Source: a virus. Taken from it: DNA of 64,000 nt. A model generated the notes under the pieces. It was not told the origin of the DNA. It was given only the letters and a program-made list of their open reading frames with translations, and ran no database searches. Shown one piece after another: positions 53,331-63,382 of the stretch (its first letter is position 1; the number at the start of each line of letters is the position of its first letter). Position numbers and translations under genes: made by a program. The stretch spans positions 96,001 through 160,000 of IMG/VR virus record IMGVR_UViG_3300049489_001336. One strand, given 5' to 3'.

Positions 53331-54128
53331 CTAGCTTGCGTCTCCTTGAACTGGAATCCTGAAAAATTCGAATTCATGAATGAGATATCGTGCGTAACTA
53401 CCGTGAGTAGCACTGAGGTAGAGATCACTACCACCCCAGTTGTACCGTTCAACCACCATAAGCTCCCTGGCAAGCTTTGCTGCAGGGGTCCCCTTTCGTG
53501 GTCCCATTACGCCAAAAAAAGCCAAATCAGCGTTAGAACGCTCCTTTACATGAAGGCGAGTAAACGCAGCAGAGCGATACATCTGGATGTACCCTGCCAC
53601 GCGCTGAGTGAGAATACACGCCCCTACGAGATACGCGTACTCTATGTCATTGAGGAGTCGGTGTAAATCCGAGGATTCTCCTACGCCACAAGTTTTTGCG
53701 GGCCGTGAAGGAGCCCGTACTTGCATAACGCCAAAATCGGCACGTGTCACCCCTTTCGGAAGGTTAGACAACACCGTGTTATCATCAAGGCGTACGACAG
53801 ATCGGAACGAGGATTCCCGAAAGGCCAACGCAGCAATAAGCGCTGGCAAATCTCTTTCGGGACTGAATTCGGTCCAGCCGCCAATCTCAACGAAATCTTC
53901 CCACTCCTCACGATACTGGTCTGCGGCTGAAACGATAGCGATAGCGTGTTCGATTGCGCGAAGTTCCCTTTCGTCAGTGTCCCCCAGTGCACCACGGGTA
54001 TAAGGTGCATCTGGCAATTTATCTAGTATCCTGCTCGTCAGATGGAGTACTCTGTAATCCGGTGCCTGTGCGTGGGTTGCACTGTTAAAAAATAACGCGA
54101 ACAACACCACAAGCATCGTAATGTGCAT
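53331..54128 (-). CDS. lytic transglycosylase (SLT/lysozyme-like) with N-terminal signal peptide; candidate endolysin
   Basis: ALAFRESSF (catalytic E-S), FGVMQV; hydrophobic N-terminus ending THA-QA. Confidence 0.7.
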   Translation of the reverse strand: MHITMLVVLFALFFNSATHAQAPDYRVLHLTSRILDKLPDAPYTRGALGDTDERELRAIEHAIAIVSAADQYREEWEDFVEIGGWTEFSPERDLPALIAALAFRESSFRSVVRLDDNTVLSNLPKGVTRADFGVMQVRAPSRPAKTCGVGESSDLHRLLNDIEYAYLVGACILTQRVAGYIQMYRSAAFTRLHVKERSNADLAFFGVMGPRKGTPAAKLARELMVVERYNWGGSDLYLSATHGSYARYLIHEFEFFRIPVQGDAS

Positions 54129-54174
54129 AGTTTCCTCCGTTTTCTTTTACCGTAATTAAGCCAAGGAATAGGAA

Positions 54175-54810
54175 ATGAACCGACCCGTGATCGGCGCATA
54201 CCGCAAAAAGTCGCCTACCTCAGACTCGGATATTCAGACAAATATCGGAGCTGAGCCTGAGATTATTAATCGCCAACCTAAAGTTGAAACTCCCGCGACT
54301 TCCCTATCAGAAGGTATTCAGGAAGATTTGCAAGAGAGTATCGACAAGACAAAAGGGTTAGCGGACAAAGCAAAGACATACGAGCAGATCCTTTCAGAGC
54401 GAGGCATTACTCTGAGTAAGGCCCATGCAGTAATCGATTCGATGCTGGAAAAAGGGTATTACGAAGAAATAATACCCCTCAAACTGCCTACTCCTGCACC
54501 CATCACCGTCACTTTCAGAACACGCACTCAAGCAGACTACATTCGTTATTTGCGTGCGCTAGAACTTTATAATCCCAAATACGTAGAAGAACAACAAGAG
54601 TTGCAACTACGTTACTTCTTGGCAGCGTCTTTAATTTCTTTCAAGGGAAAAACGTTCACAAATACAGATCCCGATAAATTAATTGATGAAAAAATTGAGT
54701 GGCTTGAGAAAATGCCTGAGCGCATCGTCAGTCTTTTGGGCCTAAAACTGACAGAATTCGACCTACAAATTCAGGCAATTATGACTGAAGGAGCCGTCGA
54801 AAATTTCTAG
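54175..54810 (+). CDS. tail assembly chaperone (G-like)
   Basis: Position upstream of tape measure; ends at a slippery heptamer. Confidence 0.65.
   Translation: MNRPVIGAYRKKSPTSDSDIQTNIGAEPEIINRQPKVETPATSLSEGIQEDLQESIDKTKGLADKAKTYEQILSERGITLSKAHAVIDSMLEKGYYEEIIPLKLPTPAPITVTFRTRTQADYIRYLRALELYNPKYVEEQQELQLRYFLAASLISFKGKTFTNTDPDKLIDEKIEWLEKMPERIVSLLGLKLTEFDLQIQAIMTEGAVENF
54801..54807 (+). other. programmed -1 frameshift site A_AAT_TTC
   Basis: X XXY YYZ heptamer in frame before the TAG; the -1 frame is open into 54828-55262. Confidence 0.75.
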
Positions 54811-54827
54811 CAACCCCGAGAGGGACA

Positions 54828-55262
54828 GTGCGCGCGGAGCTGTACGTCCGTTCACTGCCCACTCGGGGGCTCCCGCCTCGGGGCTCTATCCAAGACCGAA
54901 TCGCGTGTGAGATGGTGCTTCGAGAACGGCGGCGCAGCGTTGTAGAGCAAGTTTACTTAGCACGAATACTTTCATCGAGTCTTAGAATTCCAGAGAAACT
55001 CTTGCAGCTTTGGACGACGATGCTTTCTATGGAAGTTTTCCAAGAAAGCTACTCCCCAGAGGTGGTCAAAGAGAAGGAGCACGCACTAAAATTAATCCAA
55101 GAAAACGTCACGCAACGCAACGACGCGCAAGTGCGTATGTTCAAGAAGCTGCACAAGCTTACCGCGAACGAGCACGACTTACGTCCTGCGACTCCCAAGG
55201 AGATCGAGGAATTTAGACGTAAGCTGCGTAGGCGACACCTAAATGCGGCCCAGGGTAATTGA
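54828..55262 (+). CDS. tail chaperone T-part (expressed as a GT fusion)
   Basis: No RBS; in the -1 frame from the heptamer. Confidence 0.6.
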   Translation: MRAELYVRSLPTRGLPPRGSIQDRIACEMVLRERRRSVVEQVYLARILSSSLRIPEKLLQLWTTMLSMEVFQESYSPEVVKEKEHALKLIQENVTQRNDAQVRMFKKLHKLTANEHDLRPATPKEIEEFRRKLRRRHLNAAQGN

Positions 55263-58200
55263 GAATGCCATCTTTCCAAGACCAACAGGCAATCCAGCAA
55301 TTACTGTCTGGGCTGAATACTATGCAAATGCAGGCGGGCTTGATGCCAGGAGGCATCCCTGCTGTTAACCAGACGAATCAAGTTACGCCCCCGCGAGTTA
55401 TGACTCCGGGGGAGTTTTCTAATAATCTATTACTCAATCTAAATAGAACGTATTCGCCAGTACCTCTGACGCCGCCTATGTTTGGCGGTGTTACTCCCGT
55501 TCCGCGCAATGACTTTGCCAATAGCATTTTACCTCCCAACACCATGGGTGGGTGGGGCGCTGCCAGGCAACAAGCTAACGCGGGTGCAAACAGCTGGCTC
55601 ACCAACGCACAAACCGTAGCGGGTTTAACAGGTCGAACAGGCTTTGACGCTGCTGCAGGTTTGGCAGGTCGCGCAGTCGCTGGCCGCTATTTAGGCGGTA
55701 TTTTGGGGTCGGCTGCTGGACCTGTAGGTACCGTGGCTGGCGCATTTTTAGGCGATGCGTTGTTAGGCGGAACGGTTGAGTCAATGATGACGATGCCTTT
55801 CCAGCCTTGGATTCAACAAAGACAGCGCGCCTTACAATTACAGAATTCTAGCTTAGGGTTTGTGAATCGCGGCCCTGACATGAGCGCTGCGGGCATGGGT
55901 TTAACGCTTAATGCGTCCATGGACTTAGAGCGCCAGCTTGTACGCATGTCGGGTAATACCCAGTTTAAGATGGATACGCAGAATGCGTTTACCAAACAAG
56001 ACATGATGAAGTTGACGCATTTAGCGTCACAAACCGGTCTCTTAGATAATGCGCAGTCGGTAGATCAAATTGCCCGGAATATGGGCAAAATATCGCGAGC
56101 CCTCCACACCTTCATGAAAATCGTGGAAGAGCCCGACGTGCAGCAAGCCATGCAGATGATGGGCAACATGCGTCGTCTGGGCATGAGCATTCCCGAGACC
56201 AACGTGGCAGCGGCCAATGCGCGTGTATTTGCACGTATGGCAGGCACTTCTGTGCAAGGCGTCATGCAAGCCGGCATGCAGGGTGCAGGGATTTACCAAC
56301 AATACGGTATGTCTGCCGCAAGCGGCTTAAATGCAGGTATGGCTGCTACAGGCGCTGCAGGTTTACTGGGAACTATTCTAGACCCCCGCACTTTGAACAT
56401 GCTGGGTGGGCGCGAAGGAATCGCACAAAATCTCGTGGGAGCGTCTGCGAGAATGACGCAAATTGACGCGATTTTACCTGCGTTGCTCAAAGCAGGTAAA
56501 GACGGTCTTTCTGTGGACCAGAGCGCTTTGCTTGATTTAGCGCGGGGTAAACGAGATATCACAGGGCTCGTCCAAGAGAGCGCTCGCCGCATGACGGGGT
56601 TTGGCCCGAAGGGCTTTGTCAACGAATACTCTACGCGTCAGAGTGAGCTCAAAGACGAATTAATGAATTCGTTTGGCGGCCAAGGCGCGTTGTTAGCCCC
56701 GATGGCTCTTGCGCGCAGCATTATGCAAGAACAAGGCGTTGATTTTAGAGGCGCCTTAAGCCTGATGTATCCTGACGACGAAAAAATGCGTCGTACGCTT
56801 GAAGTCGCGTATCGCAGCAAAGATTTTTGGTCAGGGTTAAAAGAACAACAACGCCTTGAGCCTTTGCACAGACAGGGACAAGTCGCTGAGCGTAGACGCC
56901 AAACGGACAGCGCCGCAAGAACTAAAGCATTTCGTAAATTGGGAGTAGGGGCTGCGAATGCTTTGTTAAGCATCACAGGGGACGAGACGGGCAGGCAAGC
57001 CACTGTAGAAGATATTGCTAAAGATTTACGTTACGCTGGAAATAGAGTAGACGCCTTTTTTCAAGAGAATTTTGGAGAAGACACCGACCTCGAAGAAATA
57101 CAAGCGGCTACGGGTGGAGGCGCTGTTATACGCACGGTGCGATCGGGTTTACGCTCGGCGGACCAATTGCGGCAGGTACGCGAAGCCATCGCTACGCCAC
57201 AAGGCGCCGAGAGCATGCGTAGACGCGTTAGACGCCTTCAGAAAGAAGTTATCGAACCTGGTATTGCTCAAGAAGAGGCGGAGGGTAGGCGGCGTGCGCA
57301 TCGCTTATTTGGAGGGCCCGACGCGTTCATAGGTAACTTGAGTGGCGAATACTTACGCGACACCGTGTTACGCAATGAGGGCTGGGTTACCCGTGCAAAA
57401 CACGCATTAGCTATCGGGGGAACACCTTCCGATGAGTACGTAAATGCACGTGCGCGTAATATGATGGATAGCGGTGCGCTCCTCGAAGACGCACGTGCAA
57501 CACGTTATGACGTTGCTCGCACACGCCGAGTCGCAGAAGCAACAGGCCTTAAAGGAGATGACTTTAATAAAGCGATGGGCACTGCGTCTGCTGCTTTCAG
57601 TGGTTATACAAAAAGCATCCTTGGCGAGTTCGGAGAACAGTCAGGGAAATTTGATATGGAAGGCGCAAAATACAAAGTACGCGAGGCCTTGCTTAAACAA
57701 GGGTCGTTGAAGGCGAGTGACGTAGACCGCCTTATGAAAAACCCTGACTTTATGAAGGAAGTCATCGCTACGGGAGAGTTTACACGTAGTGAAGGGGAAC
57801 AAAAGATTATTGATAAAGCCATTTCTGCAGGCGCTGAAGTTTCAGGAAATATCGAAGCGCGAACCCGAAAATTATTAGTAGGCAGCGCCGATGCACACCG
57901 TAAGAATGTGTTGAAGTACCTTGGTGTTTACGGGGATAGTGCTTCTACGGATGAAAAGAAGACACTACTCGGTATTTTTGGCGAGACAGGTAAAAAAGGT
58001 GAGATACGCCAAAAGTTACTTGTCGCCAAAGCCCTAGCTGCTCAAGGAAAAAATGAGCAAGCCGATCAACTAATCCAAGAAGTAAAAAATAGCGGTATTA
58101 GTGAAAAAGAACTTGCAGCGGAGATGGACTACGTCGATGGGGCGAAGTCTACCATAGACGACGCCACTATGCGTGACGTCGGTAAGAAGTTTTCTGACCA

Positions 58201-58753
58201 CTTCGACGCACGTGAGTTTGTTTTTAAGCGAGCCCGCGAAGAAGCTACAAACGTTAAGACCAAAGAAGTAGGCTCTGCGTTAGCAGATCGAATCGGAGCC
58301 GACGCTTTCGCAAAGTATAATGAAAAAGGTATTGAAGGTCTTAAAGAATTTATCAATGGATCCGGTAAAGACCGTTTAGGAAAACTCAGTAAAGAAGAGA
58401 CTGCGCGTATCCTTTCGGGGGATATGTCAGAAACCGAACTAGAGCGAAGCGCTGTTGACAGTCTTAGTTCTAGAGCCGACGCGGTGGTTGCAGACGGTCT
58501 TACCCAACGAACAGACGCTGCAACCAATGAAGTAACAGATCAATTAATCTCCACTCTCTCCGAAGCCGCCAAACGCGACAATGAGCGTATGGAAAAGACT
58601 TATGGAGATTTCGATAAGTCCGTGGGTACTTTCGATAAAGCGTCGCATACTTTGTTACAGGCAGCAGAAGTGATGCGGGACGGAAAAATAACCGAAGGGT
58701 TGAACCGTGCAGCCCGTGAAGCATTTACTTGGGGTAACGAGGAGAACCGATGA
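55259..58753 (+). CDS. tail tape measure protein
   Basis: 1164 aa, Ala/Gly-rich and helical with a glycine-zipper segment; follows the G/GT pair. Confidence 0.75.
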   Translation: MRMPSFQDQQAIQQLLSGLNTMQMQAGLMPGGIPAVNQTNQVTPPRVMTPGEFSNNLLLNLNRTYSPVPLTPPMFGGVTPVPRNDFANSILPPNTMGGWGAARQQANAGANSWLTNAQTVAGLTGRTGFDAAAGLAGRAVAGRYLGGILGSAAGPVGTVAGAFLGDALLGGTVESMMTMPFQPWIQQRQRALQLQNSSLGFVNRGPDMSAAGMGLTLNASMDLERQLVRMSGNTQFKMDTQNAFTKQDMMKLTHLASQTGLLDNAQSVDQIARNMGKISRALHTFMKIVEEPDVQQAMQMMGNMRRLGMSIPETNVAAANARVFARMAGTSVQGVMQAGMQGAGIYQQYGMSAASGLNAGMAATGAAGLLGTILDPRTLNMLGGREGIAQNLVGASARMTQIDAILPALLKAGKDGLSVDQSALLDLARGKRDITGLVQESARRMTGFGPKGFVNEYSTRQSELKDELMNSFGGQGALLAPMALARSIMQEQGVDFRGALSLMYPDDEKMRRTLEVAYRSKDFWSGLKEQQRLEPLHRQGQVAERRRQTDSAARTKAFRKLGVGAANALLSITGDETGRQATVEDIAKDLRYAGNRVDAFFQENFGEDTDLEEIQAATGGGAVIRTVRSGLRSADQLRQVREAIATPQGAESMRRRVRRLQKEVIEPGIAQEEAEGRRRAHRLFGGPDAFIGNLSGEYLRDTVLRNEGWVTRAKHALAIGGTPSDEYVNARARNMMDSGALLEDARATRYDVARTRRVAEATGLKGDDFNKAMGTASAAFSGYTKSILGEFGEQSGKFDMEGAKYKVREALLKQGSLKASDVDRLMKNPDFMKEVIATGEFTRSEGEQKIIDKAISAGAEVSGNIEARTRKLLVGSADAHRKNVLKYLGVYGDSASTDEKKTLLGIFGETGKKGEIRQKLLVAKALAAQGKNEQADQLIQEVKNSGISEKELAAEMDYVDGAKSTIDDATMRDVGKKFSDHFDAREFVFKRAREEATNVKTKEVGSALADRIGADAFAKYNEKGIEGLKEFINGSGKDRLGKLSKEETARILSGDMSETELERSAVDSLSSRADAVVADGLTQRTDAATNEVTDQLISTLSEAAKRDNERMEKTYGDFDKSVGTFDKASHTLLQAAEVMRDGKITEGLNRAAREAFTWGNEENR

Positions 58754-58989
58754 AAACACAAATCCTATATCCCAATGCCATCGACTACATCCGGCTCATT
58801 AACAAAAACGCAGTAGATAATGCGCTAGGTGGACGTAGCGCGTTTGTGTTGTTGCCTTCTTTGTATCAGCGTGCATTTATTTTGACGCACGAAACAGGCG
58901 AATTGCCTCTTACGTCAGACTTTGTTGCACCGGATGAGACGACAACGACCGAGCGCAAAAACCAAGTCAACATTATCACAACAGCGTGA
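58750..58989 (+). CDS. small tail-module protein
   Basis: ATGA coupling to the tape measure gene. Confidence 0.55.
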   Translation: MKTQILYPNAIDYIRLINKNAVDNALGGRSAFVLLPSLYQRAFILTHETGELPLTSDFVAPDETTTTERKNQVNIITTA

Positions 58990-58995
58990 CCTGAC

Positions 58996-60153
58996 ATGGC
59001 GATACCCGGCATTATTACAGGGAATCCAGGACCGATATTTACGTCACGCATGGATGCTTTCGTCCCTGTGAATGACAGACGCGGTGTTTTTGCGGGGCAC
59101 CCCGGAGCTACGCCTAAGACTGCTATCAATCGCGGTCCTCGCGACGCAGAGCACAAAGAGTCTATGGCGCGTATTTTTATTGACGTACCTGAGGCGCGTC
59201 GGAATGAAATACTGCGTACTGTCTCAAAAGAGGCAGAGCCTCTAGCCAAAGTTCTTCTTACAGGAACGGGTACAGGCGGAGCGCTTGGTACCGGTTTCAT
59301 AGACTTCTTACTTACAAACGTTCAAGAGAATTTCACCGAGAAATTCCAAATCACAGACACGCTTACGGATAACTACGTAGTGTATTTCTCGGGGCGAGAG
59401 CCCACGATGTGCAGTTATTCTGGTGTATTGCTTAATACGTACCAGGATGATCAACGTGTTTGGATGTTGCGGCTTTACAGTGAGCTGCTTCGAGGTACAC
59501 GCCTTGCGACACGCAATATAATTGCGCGTATTCGCTATGACAGCTTGATTGTGTCGGGCTATTTAACTGATTTACGCTTAGGTCTTGAAGGCGCGACAGA
59601 TCACAACGCGTCACAGTTTAGTTTTAACTTAATTGCAAAACGTATCCAGATAGTCACGCCAACGGTATCGCAACCAACGATCTTAGCCACAGCGGTAACA
59701 ACTGACGGCGCGCTTGATAGCTCTGAAAACTTAGCGAGAACGCAGACGAGAGCGGGGGACGTGACTGCAGAAACGCCGCCCACTGCCAGAACAGCCCCCG
59801 CTGCTGAAGTCGTTGCGGCTACGAATGCAGCTACACGCGCGGCCCTACGCGCCAAAGGACTAAGTGATTCTCAAATTGTAGCAGTCATGGCGCGTTCTAT
59901 GGAGATTAGCGTCAGGCCTGAGGTAGACCCGCGAGAGCAACAAAACACACAAGCACAACAAGGGGCACAGCGGGTTTACGACCTCGTAAAGGGCACAGAC
60001 CCCTCAAAAACAAATCCTGATAATATTTCAAATGACGCTGCAGGTGGACGCACTAACATTCTGGGTTCTACAAATCCAGAGGCGCAACCCCTCGTAGCGC
60101 GCAACGCCAATCGTACCCGAGGGTCAAGGGCTTTTCACACTGCCACACTATAA
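58996..60153 (+). CDS. putative tail-tube initiator/baseplate protein
   Basis: FLLTNVQENFTEKFQI...YFSGREP..CSYSGVLLN pattern typical of post-tape-measure myovirus genes. Confidence 0.55.
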   Translation: MAIPGIITGNPGPIFTSRMDAFVPVNDRRGVFAGHPGATPKTAINRGPRDAEHKESMARIFIDVPEARRNEILRTVSKEAEPLAKVLLTGTGTGGALGTGFIDFLLTNVQENFTEKFQITDTLTDNYVVYFSGREPTMCSYSGVLLNTYQDDQRVWMLRLYSELLRGTRLATRNIIARIRYDSLIVSGYLTDLRLGLEGATDHNASQFSFNLIAKRIQIVTPTVSQPTILATAVTTDGALDSSENLARTQTRAGDVTAETPPTARTAPAAEVVAATNAATRAALRAKGLSDSQIVAVMARSMEISVRPEVDPREQQNTQAQQGAQRVYDLVKGTDPSKTNPDNISNDAAGGRTNILGSTNPEAQPLVARNANRTRGSRAFHTATL

Positions 60154-60187
60154 TTAGGCGTTCGCAGAACGAAAGGTACCTAGCTAC

Positions 60188-61609
60188 ATGCCCGCCAGCA
60201 TTGTTATTAACCAAACAGGCCAGCCGGCAGGAGTCGCAGGTACCGCACGCGATGACGGTGTAACAGGCCAGTTGGTGACATGTAGCAACGCTACGGTCGC
60301 TGCTACGTATTTGTGGACCCTTGTTGACGTGCCTATCCGTTCTGCGCTTTTGCGTGGCACCACAGGTACGAGCGCTACTTTTACGTTTACGCCCGACGTA
60401 AAAGGCACATATCTTGTGAGTCTGCGGGTGAATAACTCGCCCATTACGGCAGATAATGCGCAAAGTTTTATCGCTATTTTAAGCAGCGGAACTGACACCC
60501 GTGGCTGGCGATACCTAGCAGCGGGTGAGACCAAAGCAGATACCTTAGAATACCCTGGTCTTGGGTTTACTTCTAATGTGAATACTCGTGGCTGGGCAAC
60601 CAATGATGATTTGCAGCGAGAAGAAATAGAAGTAGCAGTTTCTCGGGTATACGGTGCGGTTAGCGTTTCCCCAGGAGCCGGGTCTTCTCCTTTAGTAAAA
60701 CTTAATTCACTAACAGGTCAACTAGACGCTACTTTAGTCGCAGCAGTAACAGCCATTTCTATTGCGTCGGCAAACGGTTTTGCGGGCTCCGTAAGTAACC
60801 CGACGACAACACCAGAGTTGACCCTTAGCACATCCATAACCGGTTTATTAAAAGGAAACGGCACGGCCATTAGCGCTGCTGTTTCCGGAACGGACTACCA
60901 AGCTGCCGGTAATTACATCACAGCATTGTCAGGAGACGCTACAGCGACAGGCCCTGGCAGTGCTGCAGTGAGTGCAGTCAAAGCCTCTGTCCTAAAGTCG
61001 GCAACCACAGAAATAGATATAGTATCAGCAACAGCCCCTGTAAATGGGCAGGTGCTTACTGCTACCAGTGGCACTGCCGCAACGTGGCAAACGCTTAACG
61101 CGATTACCGCTTTAACAGGAGATGTAACCGCTACAGGTCCTGGTAGCGCTGCAGCCAGTGCGGTCAAAGCGTCCGTACTTAAGTCTGCTACGACAGACGT
61201 TAACGTAAGCGCTGCTACTGCCCCTGTAAGCGGGCAAATTCTGACGGCCACAAGCAGCACGACTGCAACATGGCAAACGTCTATTTACGCAACTAAGTTT
61301 ACTGCGGGGACTGCGATAAGCAGCACCCCCACGACACTAGCCGCGTCTGATGCGTATAAATATCGAGAAGTAACAACGGTAGGCGCGCAGCTAATAAACA
61401 TATCAGGCACCGCAGGTCACGCAGCAGGGGACCGCATTCAGATTTACCACAACGGCACAAGTACCCTTACTTTTGCGGGTACCAACGGCATGACCGTCGA
61501 GAAACCTGCAGGCGCGGCATTAACTGCGTTTGATAGGTACTCGTGGATTGAGATTGTATTTTTATCCGCGACGCGTTGTTCGCTCGTAGGAAGGTTGACA
61601 CCGGCATGA
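60188..61609 (+). CDS. tail fibre/structural protein with N-terminal PKD/Ig-like domain and an internal ~62-aa tandem duplication
   Basis: YLWTLVDVP...FTFTPDVKGTYLVSLRV; ITALxGDxTATGPGSAA..AVKASVLKSATT x2. Confidence 0.65.
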   Translation: MPASIVINQTGQPAGVAGTARDDGVTGQLVTCSNATVAATYLWTLVDVPIRSALLRGTTGTSATFTFTPDVKGTYLVSLRVNNSPITADNAQSFIAILSSGTDTRGWRYLAAGETKADTLEYPGLGFTSNVNTRGWATNDDLQREEIEVAVSRVYGAVSVSPGAGSSPLVKLNSLTGQLDATLVAAVTAISIASANGFAGSVSNPTTTPELTLSTSITGLLKGNGTAISAAVSGTDYQAAGNYITALSGDATATGPGSAAVSAVKASVLKSATTEIDIVSATAPVNGQVLTATSGTAATWQTLNAITALTGDVTATGPGSAAASAVKASVLKSATTDVNVSAATAPVSGQILTATSSTTATWQTSIYATKFTAGTAISSTPTTLAASDAYKYREVTTVGAQLINISGTAGHAAGDRIQIYHNGTSTLTFAGTNGMTVEKPAGAALTAFDRYSWIEIVFLSATRCSLVGRLTPA

Positions 61610-62277
61610 GCAGTACAGGAGCCATTGCGTCTAGTCACCCTCTTTACACTGTCGCCAACGCGTACTGGCACGGCAGTGATATTATCGATAACGGCGCAAT
61701 ACCTCCCAGGCTATCAAGCTGGACAGACCGGCTAGGAGGTTACGTAATTAACGCGGATGGCGGCACTGCCGCAGGGGTAGCCACATCGCCTTGGCGTTCC
61801 TTAGGCGGGGGATCTGGGTTAAATGAGGCGTTTGCGCGGTCCTCCGCGCTTGTTGACGGCTGCAAGAATCGCGGTGTGTTCTCGTTTGTGATGCGTACAT
61901 ACCCAACAACCACCAGTAACTGGTGGGGTATTTACCCCGACACGACAACTTCTCGGTTTTTGACGGCGCTCGATGCTACGAACAATCGGATTAACATACA
62001 ACGCGACACGACTACACTGCAATTCAGTACGACGATTGACGCTGCGGTGAAATATACGGTTGGTTACGTTTACGACGGCACTAATTCTATTGTGTATAAG
62101 AACGGGGCGCTAGTTGGTAGTCAGGCTGCTACCCAAAACATTAACACAGATGCAACACGCTGGGGGCGTCGTACGAGTAGCCCTTTAGATGGAGCCGTAA
62201 AACTGTGGATAGGTGTTGCGTTGACCGCCGCACAAATGGCGTACGAGCATACGCAATTAACCGCTGAATTCCCTTGA
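61576..62277 (+). CDS. LamG/concanavalin-like beta-sandwich structural protein
   Basis: YTVGYVYDGTNSIVYKNGALVG; start likely MSSTGA (61607). Confidence 0.7.
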   Translation: MFARRKVDTGMSSTGAIASSHPLYTVANAYWHGSDIIDNGAIPPRLSSWTDRLGGYVINADGGTAAGVATSPWRSLGGGSGLNEAFARSSALVDGCKNRGVFSFVMRTYPTTTSNWWGIYPDTTTSRFLTALDATNNRINIQRDTTTLQFSTTIDAAVKYTVGYVYDGTNSIVYKNGALVGSQAATQNINTDATRWGRRTSSPLDGAVKLWIGVALTAAQMAYEHTQLTAEFP

Positions 62278-62304
62278 AATAAAATAACGAATGCAGAGAC
62301 CGCA

Positions 62305-62496
62305 ATGAATAAGTTAGAACAAACAGAGCTAACCATCCCCGCAGCATGGGCCAATATTGTTAGAGTCGTGCGTGCTTTCACAGCAGATGCACAGACGCAT
62401 GAGATTCTCCGTGACTCTCTCGCAGTAATCAAACAACGTGTCGAGCGTTGTAATGAACTTGAAAAAGCCGTCGAAAAGACGGAAGTGCAGGAATAA
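62305..62496 (+). CDS. small coiled-coil protein
   Basis: 63-aa ORF in operon. Confidence 0.5.
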   Translation: MNKLEQTELTIPAAWANIVRVVRAFTADAQTHEILRDSLAVIKQRVERCNELEKAVEKTEVQE

Positions 62497-63381
62497 ATGT
62501 CAACTTGGGGTCGAGGTTCTTGGGGTGTAGCGCAGTGGGGCGACCTTACGGGGATCTCGGCCTTAATGGTTGCGAGTACGTCCCCTCAGATTATTGAACG
62601 TTACCCGGTAGCTAACGAAACGGCAGTCGTTGAAAACCCTGTAATCACTTTAAAGTTTTTCTCTAAGTACGACATATTAGATCCTACCAAGACAATTGTG
62701 TGGATCAATAACGAGATTGTGTACGACGGGTCTGTAGGGTTTACCGCGGGCTATGCCGGCAGTACGCAAGACTTGTCTACCGTCTTTGTTTTACAGTTTA
62801 CCAAAATCAACGGTTTTTCTTTTGGTGAAAAAGTAACTGTACGGGCTTACATAGAAGACACAAATACTATTTCAGTTGATCAAACGTGGTCTTGGCAAAT
62901 ACGTAAAGACACATCGGTCTATGACGGTATTCGGCCTTTGGCAATTGAGACCGCAATACAGCAGCCACTGACTACTGCCTTAGAGCTCGAATTGTTCAGA
63001 CAGATTTTCCTGAACAACGCACTCCGCGTACAAACGCGCTCTACAGACGCTGCAGGCAATAAGGCAGCGCGGGTACTGTACCAGACAGCGTTTGCTACAG
63101 AGCTTTCGACGCTCCAAAATGCGTTTGCTTTGCGCGATGAAAACGCATTGGCGGTCACGGTCGCCGAACGGCAAAGCACACGTGTTTTAGACAACGTGTT
63201 GAGCAAATACAGAGACCGGATTCCTACCGCCATCTCGTCTATGCAGACGCTAGGAATCCTTCCTGAAGCCTACACTTCCGGCTTCCGGGATTATCTTGAT
63301 TCTGCGCTGTACGTCTACCGTGTAAGTTTAGTCGCAAATATGTTACTATACGCCAAAGCATACGAATTACAGCGGGTATGA
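62497..63381 (+). CDS. structural protein with Ig-like (Big_5-like) domain
   Basis: IIERYPVANETAV..NPVITLKF; WSWQI. Confidence 0.6.
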   Translation: MSTWGRGSWGVAQWGDLTGISALMVASTSPQIIERYPVANETAVVENPVITLKFFSKYDILDPTKTIVWINNEIVYDGSVGFTAGYAGSTQDLSTVFVLQFTKINGFSFGEKVTVRAYIEDTNTISVDQTWSWQIRKDTSVYDGIRPLAIETAIQQPLTTALELELFRQIFLNNALRVQTRSTDAAGNKAARVLYQTAFATELSTLQNAFALRDENALAVTVAERQSTRVLDNVLSKYRDRIPTAISSMQTLGILPEAYTSGFRDYLDSALYVYRVSLVANMLLYAKAYELQRV

Positions 63382-63382
63382 C

